Numbered from the stretch's first letter, positions 9,067 to 18,634 are shown. The stretch: DNA of 50,810 nt from Candidatus Parcubacteria bacterium (GCA_023140775.1 JAGLLA010000012.1:1-50810); one strand, 5' to 3'. A program made the numbers and translations. Notes: generated by a model not told the origin, from the sequence alone.

Positions 9067-9805
9067 ATATGGTGACTTATTTCAACTTGGCTCGCATAGA
9101 TTAATTTGTGGAGATTGTCGAGATAAAGAAATCGTAAAGAATCTGATTAAGAAAGATAAAATATGTCAGATCAATATCGACGTTCCCTACGGCGTTGGTT
9201 ATGTAGAATCAAAACAAGGATTTAAACAAAAGCTTGGATGTAATAAAATAATCGCCAACGATCAAACACAAAGCGAAGAAGAATATAAGAAATTTAATAC
9301 AGACTGGCTTGAAGCAATAAAACCTTTCCTATCCCCTACTAACTCATATTATATTTTCAATTCAGACAAAATGATCTTTGCCTTAAAGGAAGCATTAAAT
9401 GAATCCAAATATAAATTTTCACAACTACTCGTGTGGATTAAAAATAACTCAGTTGTTGGAAGACTAGACTATCTTCCACAACACGAATTGATTGCTTATG
9501 GATGGTTTGGTAAACATAAATTCAAAAAATCAAAAGACAAAAGCATACTATTTTGTCCGAAACCAAACAAAAGTAAAATCCATCCCACATCAAAACCTAT
9601 TAGTCTTTTAAGAAGACTGGTACTCAATAACACAAACATTAATGATATTGTTTACGACGGATGTGCTGGTGGTGGAAGTATTATGGTCGCCTGTGAACAA
9701 ACAAAAAGAAAAGCCTACATGATTGAAATTGATCCAGAATACTGTCAAAGAATAATTGACCGCTACGAAATATTAACTAATCAAAAAACTAATAAATTAA
9801 TTTAA
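9026..9805 (+). CDS. Second N4/N6 DNA methyltransferase (no ParB domain)
   Basis: GDLFQLGSHRLICGD (same N-terminal motif as the MTase part of the previous protein), DVPYGVGY tetrad region, TSKPISLLRRLV...VYDGCAGGGSIMVA. Confidence 0.75.
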   Translation: MKHMQTKKQKNLIKYGDLFQLGSHRLICGDCRDKEIVKNLIKKDKICQINIDVPYGVGYVESKQGFKQKLGCNKIIANDQTQSEEEYKKFNTDWLEAIKPFLSPTNSYYIFNSDKMIFALKEALNESKYKFSQLLVWIKNNSVVGRLDYLPQHELIAYGWFGKHKFKKSKDKSILFCPKPNKSKIHPTSKPISLLRRLVLNNTNINDIVYDGCAGGGSIMVACEQTKRKAYMIEIDPEYCQRIIDRYEILTNQKTNKLI

Positions 9806-9809
9806 AATA

Positions 9810-10250
9810 ATGGAAAAAGAATTAAGTTCTTCTCGAAAGGACAAGAATAAAGAGCTTTTAATCGAACAGCTTAAGAAAACTCCAATAATTCAGATAGTTT
9901 GCGAGAAATTAAATATCGCAAGGTCGACTTTCTATCGTTGGAAAAATGATGATGCACAATTCAGTAAAAATGTAGACAATGCCATAATCGAAGGTAATCA
10001 GCTTATAAATGACCTCGCTGAATCAAAACTTATTTCTGCCATTAAAGATCAAAATATGACAGGGATAATATTCTGGCTAAAGAATCATCACAAAACCTAT
10101 GCTGACAAACTTGAGCTGAGAGGAAAAATAAAAACAGAGATTAATAATTTAACTCCCGAACAAGAGGAGTTAATTACGAAAGCTCTTGAACTTTCATCAT
10201 TAGTTGAAAAAAAGAATTCAAGTGATAACAATTTATCAAATAACAATTAA
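9810..10250 (+). CDS. HTH protein, putative terminase small subunit
   Basis: IARSTFYRWKNDDAQFSKNVDNAI...GIIFWLKNHHK pattern, positioned directly upstream of the large terminase gene. Confidence 0.5.
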   Translation: MEKELSSSRKDKNKELLIEQLKKTPIIQIVCEKLNIARSTFYRWKNDDAQFSKNVDNAIIEGNQLINDLAESKLISAIKDQNMTGIIFWLKNHHKTYADKLELRGKIKTEINNLTPEQEELITKALELSSLVEKKNSSDNNLSNNN

Positions 10251-10254
10251 ACTT

Positions 10255-11700
10255 ATGGATATCAACAAATTAAGCAGAAAAGAAATTAATAATATAATTA
10301 ACAACAAGTCTCTAAGAGTAGGACTATGTAAAAATAGTCACAAGTGGTTTTTTAATATCTATTTCGGACATTATATCACACACGAGACTGCTGATTTTCA
10401 CCATAAAATGTTTTTATTAACTGAAAATGAAGATATACCAGTATTAGGAATAGTCGCTTTTAGAGGTTGCGCTAAATCCACAATTTTCACAATGTCCTTT
10501 CCTATGTGGTCGATAATTGGAAAACAAAATAAAAAATTTATCGTACTTCTCGGTGAAACCCAAAGACAAGCAAGACAGCATTTGATAAATATCAGAAAAG
10601 AATTAGAGTGTAATGAATTACTAAGGTCCGATCTTGGTCCATTTAAGGAAATCGAAGATGAGTGGGGTTCGTATTCACTTGTAATTCCAAAATACAATGC
10701 AAGAATTACGGCTGCTTCAATGGAACAGACTATTCGTGGGATGAGACATAATCAATACAGACCAGACCTTATTATTTGTGATGACATTGAAAATTTAAAC
10801 AATGTCAGAACAAAAGAAGGTAGAGATAAAGTATATAATTGGATTACTGGTGAAGTTATTCCAGCAGGAGATCTCAGTACTAGAATAATTTTTATAGGTA
10901 ATTTATTACATGAAGATTCTCTATTAATGAGAATTAAAGATAAAATTAAAAATGATGAACTTGATGGCAAATTCTATGAGATACCCCTTATTGATGAAAA
11001 TAATAAAATTACCTGGTCAGGAAAATATCCAGACATGAAATCAATCGAGAAGGAAAAAAAGAAAATCGGAAATAAAATTGCATGGGAAAGAGAATATATG
11101 CTCAGAATTGTTTCTGATTTTGGCAAAGTAGTTCACTTGGATTGGATACATTATTACGAGAACTTTCCATCTCATAAAGATTTTTTATTTACTATTACCG
11201 GGATAGACCTCGCTATTTCCCAAAATGTTAGCGCTGATTATACAGCCATGGTTTCTGCAAATGTATACATAGAAAATAATGAATTATTAATTTGTATTCT
11301 TCCTAACCCAATTAATGAAAAATTAAGCTTTCCTGAGACCGTAGAAAGATCAAAATTATTATCGAAATCATTAGGAAGCGGATATCCTACTGAACTAGTA
11401 ATCGAAAGTGTAGGATACCAACCAGCACTAATTCAAGAATTGCAAGATAAAGGATTCCCAGCAGAAGGTTTTCCTGTTAAAGGACAAGATAAACGAGCAA
11501 GATTAGCATTAACTACTCACATGATTAAATCTGGACGAATTTTATTTCCTAAAAATGGAGCAGAGCAACTTATTCAACAACTAGTAGGTTTCGGAGTTGA
11601 AAAACATGACGATTTAGCTGACGCATTCGCTATAGTAGTACTTCAATCTCTGAAAAAAGGAGATGAATATTTATACGAACTAATAGCATTCCTAGCATAA
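10255..11700 (+). CDS. Phage terminase large subunit
   Basis: ATPase motifs FRGCAKST (Walker A-like) and PDLIICDDIEN (Walker B); C-terminal RNase-H-like nuclease motifs GIDLAIS and KHDDLADAF. I place the start at the ATG at 10255 (MDINKL...) rather than the overlapping upstream start at 10204. Confidence 0.8.
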   Translation: MDINKLSRKEINNIINNKSLRVGLCKNSHKWFFNIYFGHYITHETADFHHKMFLLTENEDIPVLGIVAFRGCAKSTIFTMSFPMWSIIGKQNKKFIVLLGETQRQARQHLINIRKELECNELLRSDLGPFKEIEDEWGSYSLVIPKYNARITAASMEQTIRGMRHNQYRPDLIICDDIENLNNVRTKEGRDKVYNWITGEVIPAGDLSTRIIFIGNLLHEDSLLMRIKDKIKNDELDGKFYEIPLIDENNKITWSGKYPDMKSIEKEKKKIGNKIAWEREYMLRIVSDFGKVVHLDWIHYYENFPSHKDFLFTITGIDLAISQNVSADYTAMVSANVYIENNELLICILPNPINEKLSFPETVERSKLLSKSLGSGYPTELVIESVGYQPALIQELQDKGFPAEGFPVKGQDKRARLALTTHMIKSGRILFPKNGAEQLIQQLVGFGVEKHDDLADAFAIVVLQSLKKGDEYLYELIAFLA

Positions 11701-12069
11701 TTCAAAAAAGATCATCCCAGTTTTATATTATTAGTTACATTGATTATTAATCTTTTCTCCCCAAGTCATTTTATTTAATGACACAGATTCATTTCTCCTG
11801 AATTGTAACAAAATCTTCCAAAAATTTGATGGTCCAGAAGCATTACAGTTAAATCCAATATCGCTTGAACCAAGGCTAGCACGTAATTGCGGGATAATTG
11901 CATTTAAAGCAATAGAAGATAATGAAGAACCAATGGTTCCAGAAATATTTGTTATTAGTTCTAGTCCGCGCAAAGGAAGAGGATCTTTCGATTTCTGGAA
12001 CGACGAAGATGATGATTGAAATAACAATTAATCTGAAAATAAAAGATTATATTTATTTTGCACCTTTAT

Positions 12070-13341
12070 TTAATACTTATTATTTTCACAATAAACCCTC
12101 ATCTTATAGTCAGTCGACCATTCATTCGCACAAGACAATCTAGCAGAATTAAAGTCTGATTCGGAAACATTTGTTGGTTTACCCTGATTTAATGTTCTAA
12201 TAGCATCATATTGCTGACCTTCACAATAAGCGCGCATTTTAAAATCAGTCAACCACTCATTTTCGCACTTTGGACGAATTACATTAAACTCGATGTCACC
12301 AATATCTGCTGGCTTACCATTATTTAAAGTACGAACTCCATCAAATTGCTGACCTTCACAATAAGCCCTCATCTTAAAGTCAGTAGGCCATTGATTTTTA
12401 CAATGCTCTCTTATTGTTAAAAATTGACTTTCGTTAATATCTGAGGGTTTATTAAGGCTTAATGTTGTCAATCCATTATATTGTTGTTCCTTGCAAAATA
12501 CTTTCATTTTGGCATCATTCGGCCATTCTGACTGACAATGACTTTCTATAATTGTGTCTGCACTATCTTCTATGCTAGATTTTGTTTCAATTGGCAATTC
12601 TTGTGACTCTGAATTTGTTTCATTATTTAACGAGGAAACTATTTCTGTTTTTTCATTATTCTCTTGATTCGATTCAACCTCTACAGAATCCTTAATATCA
12701 TCTTTATTTTCATTTAATTGAATTGGTACTATTTCTTCCTGATTTATATTATTAGATACACTACTTGGTCTTTCTTTGTTAATATTATCAGTAAACTTAT
12801 AGGTTAATATTTGATCCTTTTTAAGATCAGCCTTACTCCAATCGCCATTAGGAGCCCATTCAGCCATAGCCAATGAATAACTGCCATCAACTTGAGTTTC
12901 ATCAAAATAATAAAAAATAGATAAAGCATCTGCTTTTTTTGTCTTATAGTCATTAACTATTTTTTCGCTAACTACCTTAATTTGATTCTCGGTGACGGGA
13001 TTGTTGTTAATAATTACTCTAATATTAAATCTATTAGCAAGAGCATATGAAATATCTTCTTCTTTTACAATTTTATAATCTATGTCTTTTAATATATCAA
13101 CTTTTTCTACTTCAGCTTGAATATTATTAACTGATTTATTTTTACTATCTTCATTACTTCCACCACCAATTATTCCCAAAATAAATACAATTAAAATAAG
13201 AGATATAATCTTATGTCTCATAAACCAATTCCTTAAATCAGATCCACAGTGTTTACATTTTTTAGCACTTTTTAAAACATCTTCTTTACACTTAGCACAT
13301 TTTTTTGTTTGCCCAGAATTTTGTTGTTTTTCTTCAATCAT
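12070..13341 (-). CDS. Zinc-ribbon/TM protein with four tandem Cys-containing C-terminal repeats
   Basis: N-terminus CAKCKEDV...CKHCGSDL, then TM IISLILIVFILGIIGG. The C-terminus carries four copies of C(x)2(E/Q)W(x)(N/T)D(x)KM(K/R)(x)(F/Y)C spaced about 45 aa apart. Confidence 0.6.
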   Translation of the reverse strand: MIEEKQQNSGQTKKCAKCKEDVLKSAKKCKHCGSDLRNWFMRHKIISLILIVFILGIIGGGSNEDSKNKSVNNIQAEVEKVDILKDIDYKIVKEEDISYALANRFNIRVIINNNPVTENQIKVVSEKIVNDYKTKKADALSIFYYFDETQVDGSYSLAMAEWAPNGDWSKADLKKDQILTYKFTDNINKERPSSVSNNINQEEIVPIQLNENKDDIKDSVEVESNQENNEKTEIVSSLNNETNSESQELPIETKSSIEDSADTIIESHCQSEWPNDAKMKVFCKEQQYNGLTTLSLNKPSDINESQFLTIREHCKNQWPTDFKMRAYCEGQQFDGVRTLNNGKPADIGDIEFNVIRPKCENEWLTDFKMRAYCEGQQYDAIRTLNQGKPTNVSESDFNSARLSCANEWSTDYKMRVYCENNKY

Positions 13342-13697
13342 ATGTTTTTTATTAAATAGATTATTTATCTGTTTGTTGACCTTTAGGTGCTGGTTCAGAA
13401 AAACACAAAAAGTCCCCCGAACCAGCTGATAGCCCCTTGCGGAATTATCACTACACCCTTTCGGGTATAGACTTATCCTACAAGTACTGGTCGGAAGACC
13501 ATTTCTGTAGGATAGGTTTTAATACCATGCCTTATGAGAATCACAAGGGTTAGGCATTGAATTGTAATTACATATTAGATTGAATTAAGGAAAAAGTAAA
13601 GCATTAGTTACCTACAGTTTGTCTACTTTAAGCCCTCTAGACACACTAGAGGGGTTGTGTCATTCATTGTTATAGAGATTAACAATAATGCAAAAAT

Positions 13698-15035
13698 ATG
13701 AATGATTCTACGAAAAAATTACAATCCTACAAGGAAATTACTGAGCAAACAAAAGAAGTTGTACCAGCTGTTCGTTATTGCCTTTATGCCAGAAAATCGA
13801 CTGAATCGGACGAACAACAAGCCCTTTCAATTGACTCCCAAATAAATGAAATGACAAATATAGCCATAAGAGATAATTTAAATATAACCGAGATTAGGAA
13901 AGAAAGTCATTCTGCCAAGGACTCAGGGCAAAGACCAGTCTTCAATCAATTAATCAAAGATATCCGAAATGAAATGTTCGATGGTATTCTCACATGGGCT
14001 CCAGATAGATTAAGCAGAAATGCTGGCGACCTTGGTTCCCTTGTAGATTTAATGGATCAGAAAAAGTTATTAAAAATCAAAACATATGGTCAAAACTTTT
14101 CAAACTCCCCTAACGAAAAATTCTTACTAATGATTCTCTGTTCTCAAGCTAAACTTGAGAATGATAACAAGAGCATTAATGTTAAACGAGGATTGAGAAC
14201 AAGATGTGAAATGGGGCTTAGACCAGGAATTGCACCAACTGGCTACCTTAACGAGAAACGAACTGATCGAAGATGTCATGTTCTAGTTGATGTCGATAGA
14301 TCATATGTCATTAGCCAAATGTATGAAAAAGTTGCTAACGAAAATTGGAGCGGAAGAAAAGTATTTCACTGGCTTAAAGATGATATAGATTTCAAAACAA
14401 AAAATGGCAAGCACCTCACCTTGAGTAATGTATATATCATTCTCAAAAATACATTTTACCATGGCAGATTTGAATATCCAGTTGGTAGTGGAAATTGGTA
14501 CACTGGACAGCACAAGCCATTAGTATCCAGAGACTTGTTCGAAAAAGTCCAAAAACAATTAAACCGCGGTATGATTGTGAGATCTGAATCAAAAGAATTT
14601 GCATTTACAAAATTAATCAAATGCGGTTTATGTGGATCTGGCGTAACAGCTGAGGATAAATATAAACAAAGAAAAGACGGCTCAAGAAAAAAATACATCT
14701 ACTATGGATGTACAAGATTCAACGACAAGAAATGTAAATGCGGATATGTTCAAGAGAAAGACTTACTTGAACAATTAATTAAAATACTTGATAAAATAGA
14801 TCTAGACCAAATTGGCATGAAAAGAAAAATTGAACTTGAGATTGAAAGATATAATAAATTTAGATTTGGAGTGTTGGGCATGGATAAAAAAGAAAAAAAT
14901 CAACAAAAAGATGTTGACATTAGAAACTATGCAAAATATATATTGAAAGAAGGAAATGTTTATGAGAAAAGAGAATTGCTGGAATGTTTGAAAAGTAAGT
15001 TAGTTTTAAATGATAAAAAACTATATTTGAGTTAA
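13698..15035 (+). CDS. Large serine recombinase (integrase)
   Basis: Resolvase catalytic domain YCLYARKSTESDEQQALSIDSQ ... ILTWAPDRLSRN; recombinase domain; zinc ribbon CGLCGSGV...YYGC; coiled-coil tail. Confidence 0.85.
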   Translation: MNDSTKKLQSYKEITEQTKEVVPAVRYCLYARKSTESDEQQALSIDSQINEMTNIAIRDNLNITEIRKESHSAKDSGQRPVFNQLIKDIRNEMFDGILTWAPDRLSRNAGDLGSLVDLMDQKKLLKIKTYGQNFSNSPNEKFLLMILCSQAKLENDNKSINVKRGLRTRCEMGLRPGIAPTGYLNEKRTDRRCHVLVDVDRSYVISQMYEKVANENWSGRKVFHWLKDDIDFKTKNGKHLTLSNVYIILKNTFYHGRFEYPVGSGNWYTGQHKPLVSRDLFEKVQKQLNRGMIVRSESKEFAFTKLIKCGLCGSGVTAEDKYKQRKDGSRKKYIYYGCTRFNDKKCKCGYVQEKDLLEQLIKILDKIDLDQIGMKRKIELEIERYNKFRFGVLGMDKKEKNQQKDVDIRNYAKYILKEGNVYEKRELLECLKSKLVLNDKKLYLS

Positions 15036-15132
15036 TTTTTATTGGAAATATTAACCCTTATTTTTTATACTGCAATAAATTGCACACTTCTATTATTACA
15101 CATCCAAAAAAACAGGGTCAAACGATGTCATA

Positions 15133-15168
15133 ATTGCACACTTCTATACAAGTGTGCAATGGGTTTTT
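15133..15168 (+). terminator. Perfect 11-bp-arm hairpin plus T-tract after the recombinase gene
   Basis: ATTGCACACTT (15133-15143) / AAGTGTGCAAT (15150-15160), 6-nt loop, then GGGTTTTT. Confidence 0.55.
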
Positions 15169-15423
15169 CTAAAATGGCATATCATCTGAATTTGTTTCCT
15201 CATCTTCGACAGAGGCAGTTTTTTCGATGTCATTAATCGCTTCTATCATTGAATTTATATGTCCTTGCTCTTCTTTGGAAATATCGCCTTCAAATTCTAC
15301 TTCTAATCCCTCTCCTTTTTTTAATTCCTTGATCATTGTTATATAATCTTCAGGAGAAAAGTCATCCCCCTTAATTGTTGCAGAGATTTCCCCGCTTTCT
15401 TTTTTTGTAAATTTTATCTTCAT
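15169..15423 (-). CDS. Small acidic protein, last gene of the PHP-ATPase operon
   Basis: 84 aa, strongly acidic (EVEFEGDISKEEQ...SVEDEETNSDDMPF). Its ATG lies 6 nt after the stop of the upstream gene. Confidence 0.5.
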   Translation of the reverse strand: MKIKFTKKESGEISATIKGDDFSPEDYITMIKELKKGEGLEVEFEGDISKEEQGHINSMIEAINDIEKTASVEDEETNSDDMPF

Positions 15424-15429
15424 ATATTG

Positions 15430-17781
15430 TTATTCTTTAAACTTTTTTAAATTATATTTTTTAAATCTTTTCTTAATTGAAGATTTCCCACCATCTGCAA
15501 TCCTCGCTATGTAATCAACCACGCTTATCTCGTCAATTTTACCTTCCAGCGGATTTGATCTTATTTTGATTTTACCCTCTTTGTTCTCACAAAGTATTAT
15601 ATTTTGAGCATCTCCTGCCATTGGAATTGTAGCGTTGTGAGAAACAAAAATGATTTGTTTTTTAGTTTTCATTTTTTTTATAGCACTTACAAGTCCATTA
15701 TTCATATAACTTGTGGCCAAATTATCTTCTGGCTGGTCGATAATTAGAGGAGCGGAATCCTTTTCGTAGTTTAATATGATCTCCAAAATCGCGGAGGTTT
15801 GACGTCCTGGACTTAAATTATCAATATCTTCTCCATCGGGAGTTTCAATTTTATAAATAACCTTATTTTCTTCTTGAAATTCTAAATAAACTCTATTCTT
15901 AAATCCAGTATAATCATTTACTTTTGGATTTTGTTTAAAACCTGCTTCAAATAATTTCTCCGGCACCAGCTCGCTAAAGAATTCAATTTCATTGTCTTTT
16001 AGTAAGAATTTATTAAATTTCTTTATTAAAATTTCTTTATTTAGTTCAAGTTTGTTCTTAATATATAAAGTATGTCCAGCGACTTTTATTTCTTTCGGTT
16101 TTGGATCAATTGAATATAAAGAAATTTTTTCTAGAGCCTTTTCAAACTTATATAAATTGTTGTAATACTCTTTCATTTTTCCAATAAGTTCCTTGAACTC
16201 TTGTCTATTCTTTTCTGATTCACCCATTTGATCTCTAAGTTCTGTATCAACCTCTTTTTTCTTATTTTCTATCACCATTCTTACTTTTTCCTCAAAAGCA
16301 GAATACTCCTGCATGTCTTTTATTGTTTTTATTAATTCTTCAATTAATTTTTTATTATGATCAACAAAAGGGTTTTGGGATATTTTTTTACTTATTTCGT
16401 TAATCTTATCAAGATGCTCCTCCATCTCCGATTTGCCATATGTGATAGTAGTTAAAGTACTTTCTTCGGGTAAAAGAGGAGTAATTAAATTTCTGTCAGT
16501 ATCTTCCGTGACTAGCAAAGAAGATATTGCCGGCATTTTTTTTATTTCTTTTTCCAAGGCATCTATTCTTTCAACAGAATTCATAAGGTCTGTAAGGTCT
16601 GTGTTTAGCTTCGCTAAACCATTATTTATTTTTTTCTCTGCATCTTTATCTATAGGGAAAACATTTTTAATGATGGCTATATCCGTAATTTTTACATTTT
16701 TATTAGAATCGCTTGTGGCATTAATTATAAAATTTTGCTTAATAAAATGTGGATGCATTTGCTTCGGGTAGTCGACTTTCATGTCTTCGACACCATACTC
16801 CAAATAATTACTGTCTTTAAAATTTGAACGGGTTATTTTCCTGTTTAGCGAATCAGCGAGAAGAGTTTTACCACTTGAAGATTCACCAATAATCACATTC
16901 AGCCCTGGGGTTAATTTGATATCTATATCGATATATTTATTATTTAATGTCACGCCTTTAATTGACTCTTTCCATTTTTCTGGTTGCGTCTGACTGTATA
17001 TTAATCGGGATGACTCAGATAAAGACAATCTAAGACCACTAAAAACTGGGGTTGCCAACATCCAAGTCGGAATAAATTCATAGGTTTCGTCAGCTTTTGG
17101 CTTTGGGTAAATTTCTGGATTGTAATTATCAGTACAAGTTATTAAATTTATGAATTCATCAATCCCGAGCTTTTTGAGATATGCTTTTGTATCTTCGGTT
17201 TTTTTGTCTGATCTGGACGTGAATCCGTCAAAGAAGTTGTAATATACATTTCTCTGCATAGTATTATCAAACTCTTTTCCCTTTGGGATAGACCTCTCAA
17301 AGGTGGAATGTGTTTGACCTCCGTGTGGTAAAAGAATAAAATCGTATTCATCAAATTCATCCAATATCTGCTCAATCATTGGTATTGTTTCATCTTTTAA
17401 GTCTGGCTGTTTGTTTTGGTATAGTTTATCTAACTTACTGTTTATATCATTCAAGACACCCTTATTGATTTCATCAAGATTAAAATATATATGACAATGG
17501 TACGCCTCCGTTTCTGTGTCTTTGTGAGTTTGTATGTGTAACTCAACACCAAGTATTAAACTATGCCTTATTTTTTCAACTGCTTCTAGATAAACTTTTT
17601 CATTTATAGTGTTATGGTCGGTAAATGAAATTAAAAAATCGGAGCCCTGAGCAACGACTTTAACTTTTTCTATCAATGTATCTAAGTCATAGTTTTCATT
17701 TAAACTATTCGGGTTTTCAGAAGTGTGAATATGTAAATCTAAATAGACTGGAACCATAATTTTATATATTGAATTTACCAT
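15430..17781 (-). CDS. PHP (polymerase/histidinol-phosphatase) domain fused to an SMC/ABC-like ATPase; Ppl-like defence candidate
   Basis: PHP motifs LDLHIHTSENP, FTDHNT, HCHIYF, LLPHGGQ; Walker A GESSSGKT; long coiled-coil insert; signature-like LSPGRQTS; Walker B LIIDQPEDNL; FVSHN. Confidence 0.8.
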   Translation of the reverse strand: MVNSIYKIMVPVYLDLHIHTSENPNSLNENYDLDTLIEKVKVVAQGSDFLISFTDHNTINEKVYLEAVEKIRHSLILGVELHIQTHKDTETEAYHCHIYFNLDEINKGVLNDINSKLDKLYQNKQPDLKDETIPMIEQILDEFDEYDFILLPHGGQTHSTFERSIPKGKEFDNTMQRNVYYNFFDGFTSRSDKKTEDTKAYLKKLGIDEFINLITCTDNYNPEIYPKPKADETYEFIPTWMLATPVFSGLRLSLSESSRLIYSQTQPEKWKESIKGVTLNNKYIDIDIKLTPGLNVIIGESSSGKTLLADSLNRKITRSNFKDSNYLEYGVEDMKVDYPKQMHPHFIKQNFIINATSDSNKNVKITDIAIIKNVFPIDKDAEKKINNGLAKLNTDLTDLMNSVERIDALEKEIKKMPAISSLLVTEDTDRNLITPLLPEESTLTTITYGKSEMEEHLDKINEISKKISQNPFVDHNKKLIEELIKTIKDMQEYSAFEEKVRMVIENKKKEVDTELRDQMGESEKNRQEFKELIGKMKEYYNNLYKFEKALEKISLYSIDPKPKEIKVAGHTLYIKNKLELNKEILIKKFNKFLLKDNEIEFFSELVPEKLFEAGFKQNPKVNDYTGFKNRVYLEFQEENKVIYKIETPDGEDIDNLSPGRQTSAILEIILNYEKDSAPLIIDQPEDNLATSYMNNGLVSAIKKMKTKKQIIFVSHNATIPMAGDAQNIILCENKEGKIKIRSNPLEGKIDEISVVDYIARIADGGKSSIKKRFKKYNLKKFKE

Positions 17782-18605
17782 TTTTTGTAATCTTTTTCTA
17801 AATTTTCTATTTCTTTTACTATTTTTTCTTCAAAATATTTATCCATTCTGTCTGCAGTTTTTTCTTTAAATTTATTTAACTCCTTTTTGTTTTTAAAATA
17901 TCGAAAATAAGTTCCTGCAAACTTTGATTTCCATTTTATTATTCCCATTTTCCTAAGCTCTAATAAAATAGTTCTTGTTGATACAAGGGTATAAATAGCA
18001 GTTTTAAGATTTTTCTCTATCATATCGCTATTAATCATTTTTTCGAATTCCTGTAGATTCCTTAAGTACATATCATTTTGTTCAGAAGGTAGGTTTAATT
18101 TTTTGAAAACCATTTTCTCGTTTTTATCAACAGTAGAAGTAAATTGCCTTCGTGTATCATCTATACTTTCTGAGAGATCTTTTAAATTTCTTAATACCAA
18201 TGCCATTTTATTATCCAAATATCCACTTTTTGTGTTTATCGATAAAATTTCATAATTAATAAATTCTTTTCCAATGTAAGGAAAGAATGCATTATCTGTT
18301 GAATAACAACTAACACTTCTTTCTTTAATATTTTCTTTAAGTCCCTTAAATTGACTACTTAAAAATTTCTCAATAGTATATTTAGTATCATAAATACTGT
18401 TTATAGCGTTAACAAGATATTTCTCTAAATAAATTAGATTTCTTTTATGTTCTTTCTTTGCTTCGTATAATTCTTTTAAATACCAAAACGAAATAGGCAG
18501 AATGATTCCAATAGTTGATCCAACCAATGTTTGCCAATTGTATAAGATATCGGTTATCGAAGATATTGTCATAATTTTATTATCAGTATTTTTTAAACTA
18601 GTCAA
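17775..18605 (-). CDS. Single-pass membrane, mostly helical protein; first gene of the PHP-ATPase operon
   Basis: TM LVGSTIGIILPISFWYL. Its stop TAA (17777-17775) overlaps the ATG (17781-17779) of the PHP-ATPase gene in ATGGTAA. Confidence 0.55.
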   Translation of the reverse strand: MTSLKNTDNKIMTISSITDILYNWQTLVGSTIGIILPISFWYLKELYEAKKEHKRNLIYLEKYLVNAINSIYDTKYTIEKFLSSQFKGLKENIKERSVSCYSTDNAFFPYIGKEFINYEILSINTKSGYLDNKMALVLRNLKDLSESIDDTRRQFTSTVDKNEKMVFKKLNLPSEQNDMYLRNLQEFEKMINSDMIEKNLKTAIYTLVSTRTILLELRKMGIIKWKSKFAGTYFRYFKNKKELNKFKEKTADRMDKYFEEKIVKEIENLEKDYKKW

Positions 18606-18634
18606 TAAAGAACACGGGGACTCTTTGTCTTTGT

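Noticed and set aside
11731-12027. 98-aa ORF (TTG start) after the terminase gene
   Set aside because: It has a non-ATG start, a Ser/Leu-rich sequence and no motif. It could be real but I cannot support it. It overlaps an equally unconvincing + strand ORF (11922..12143).
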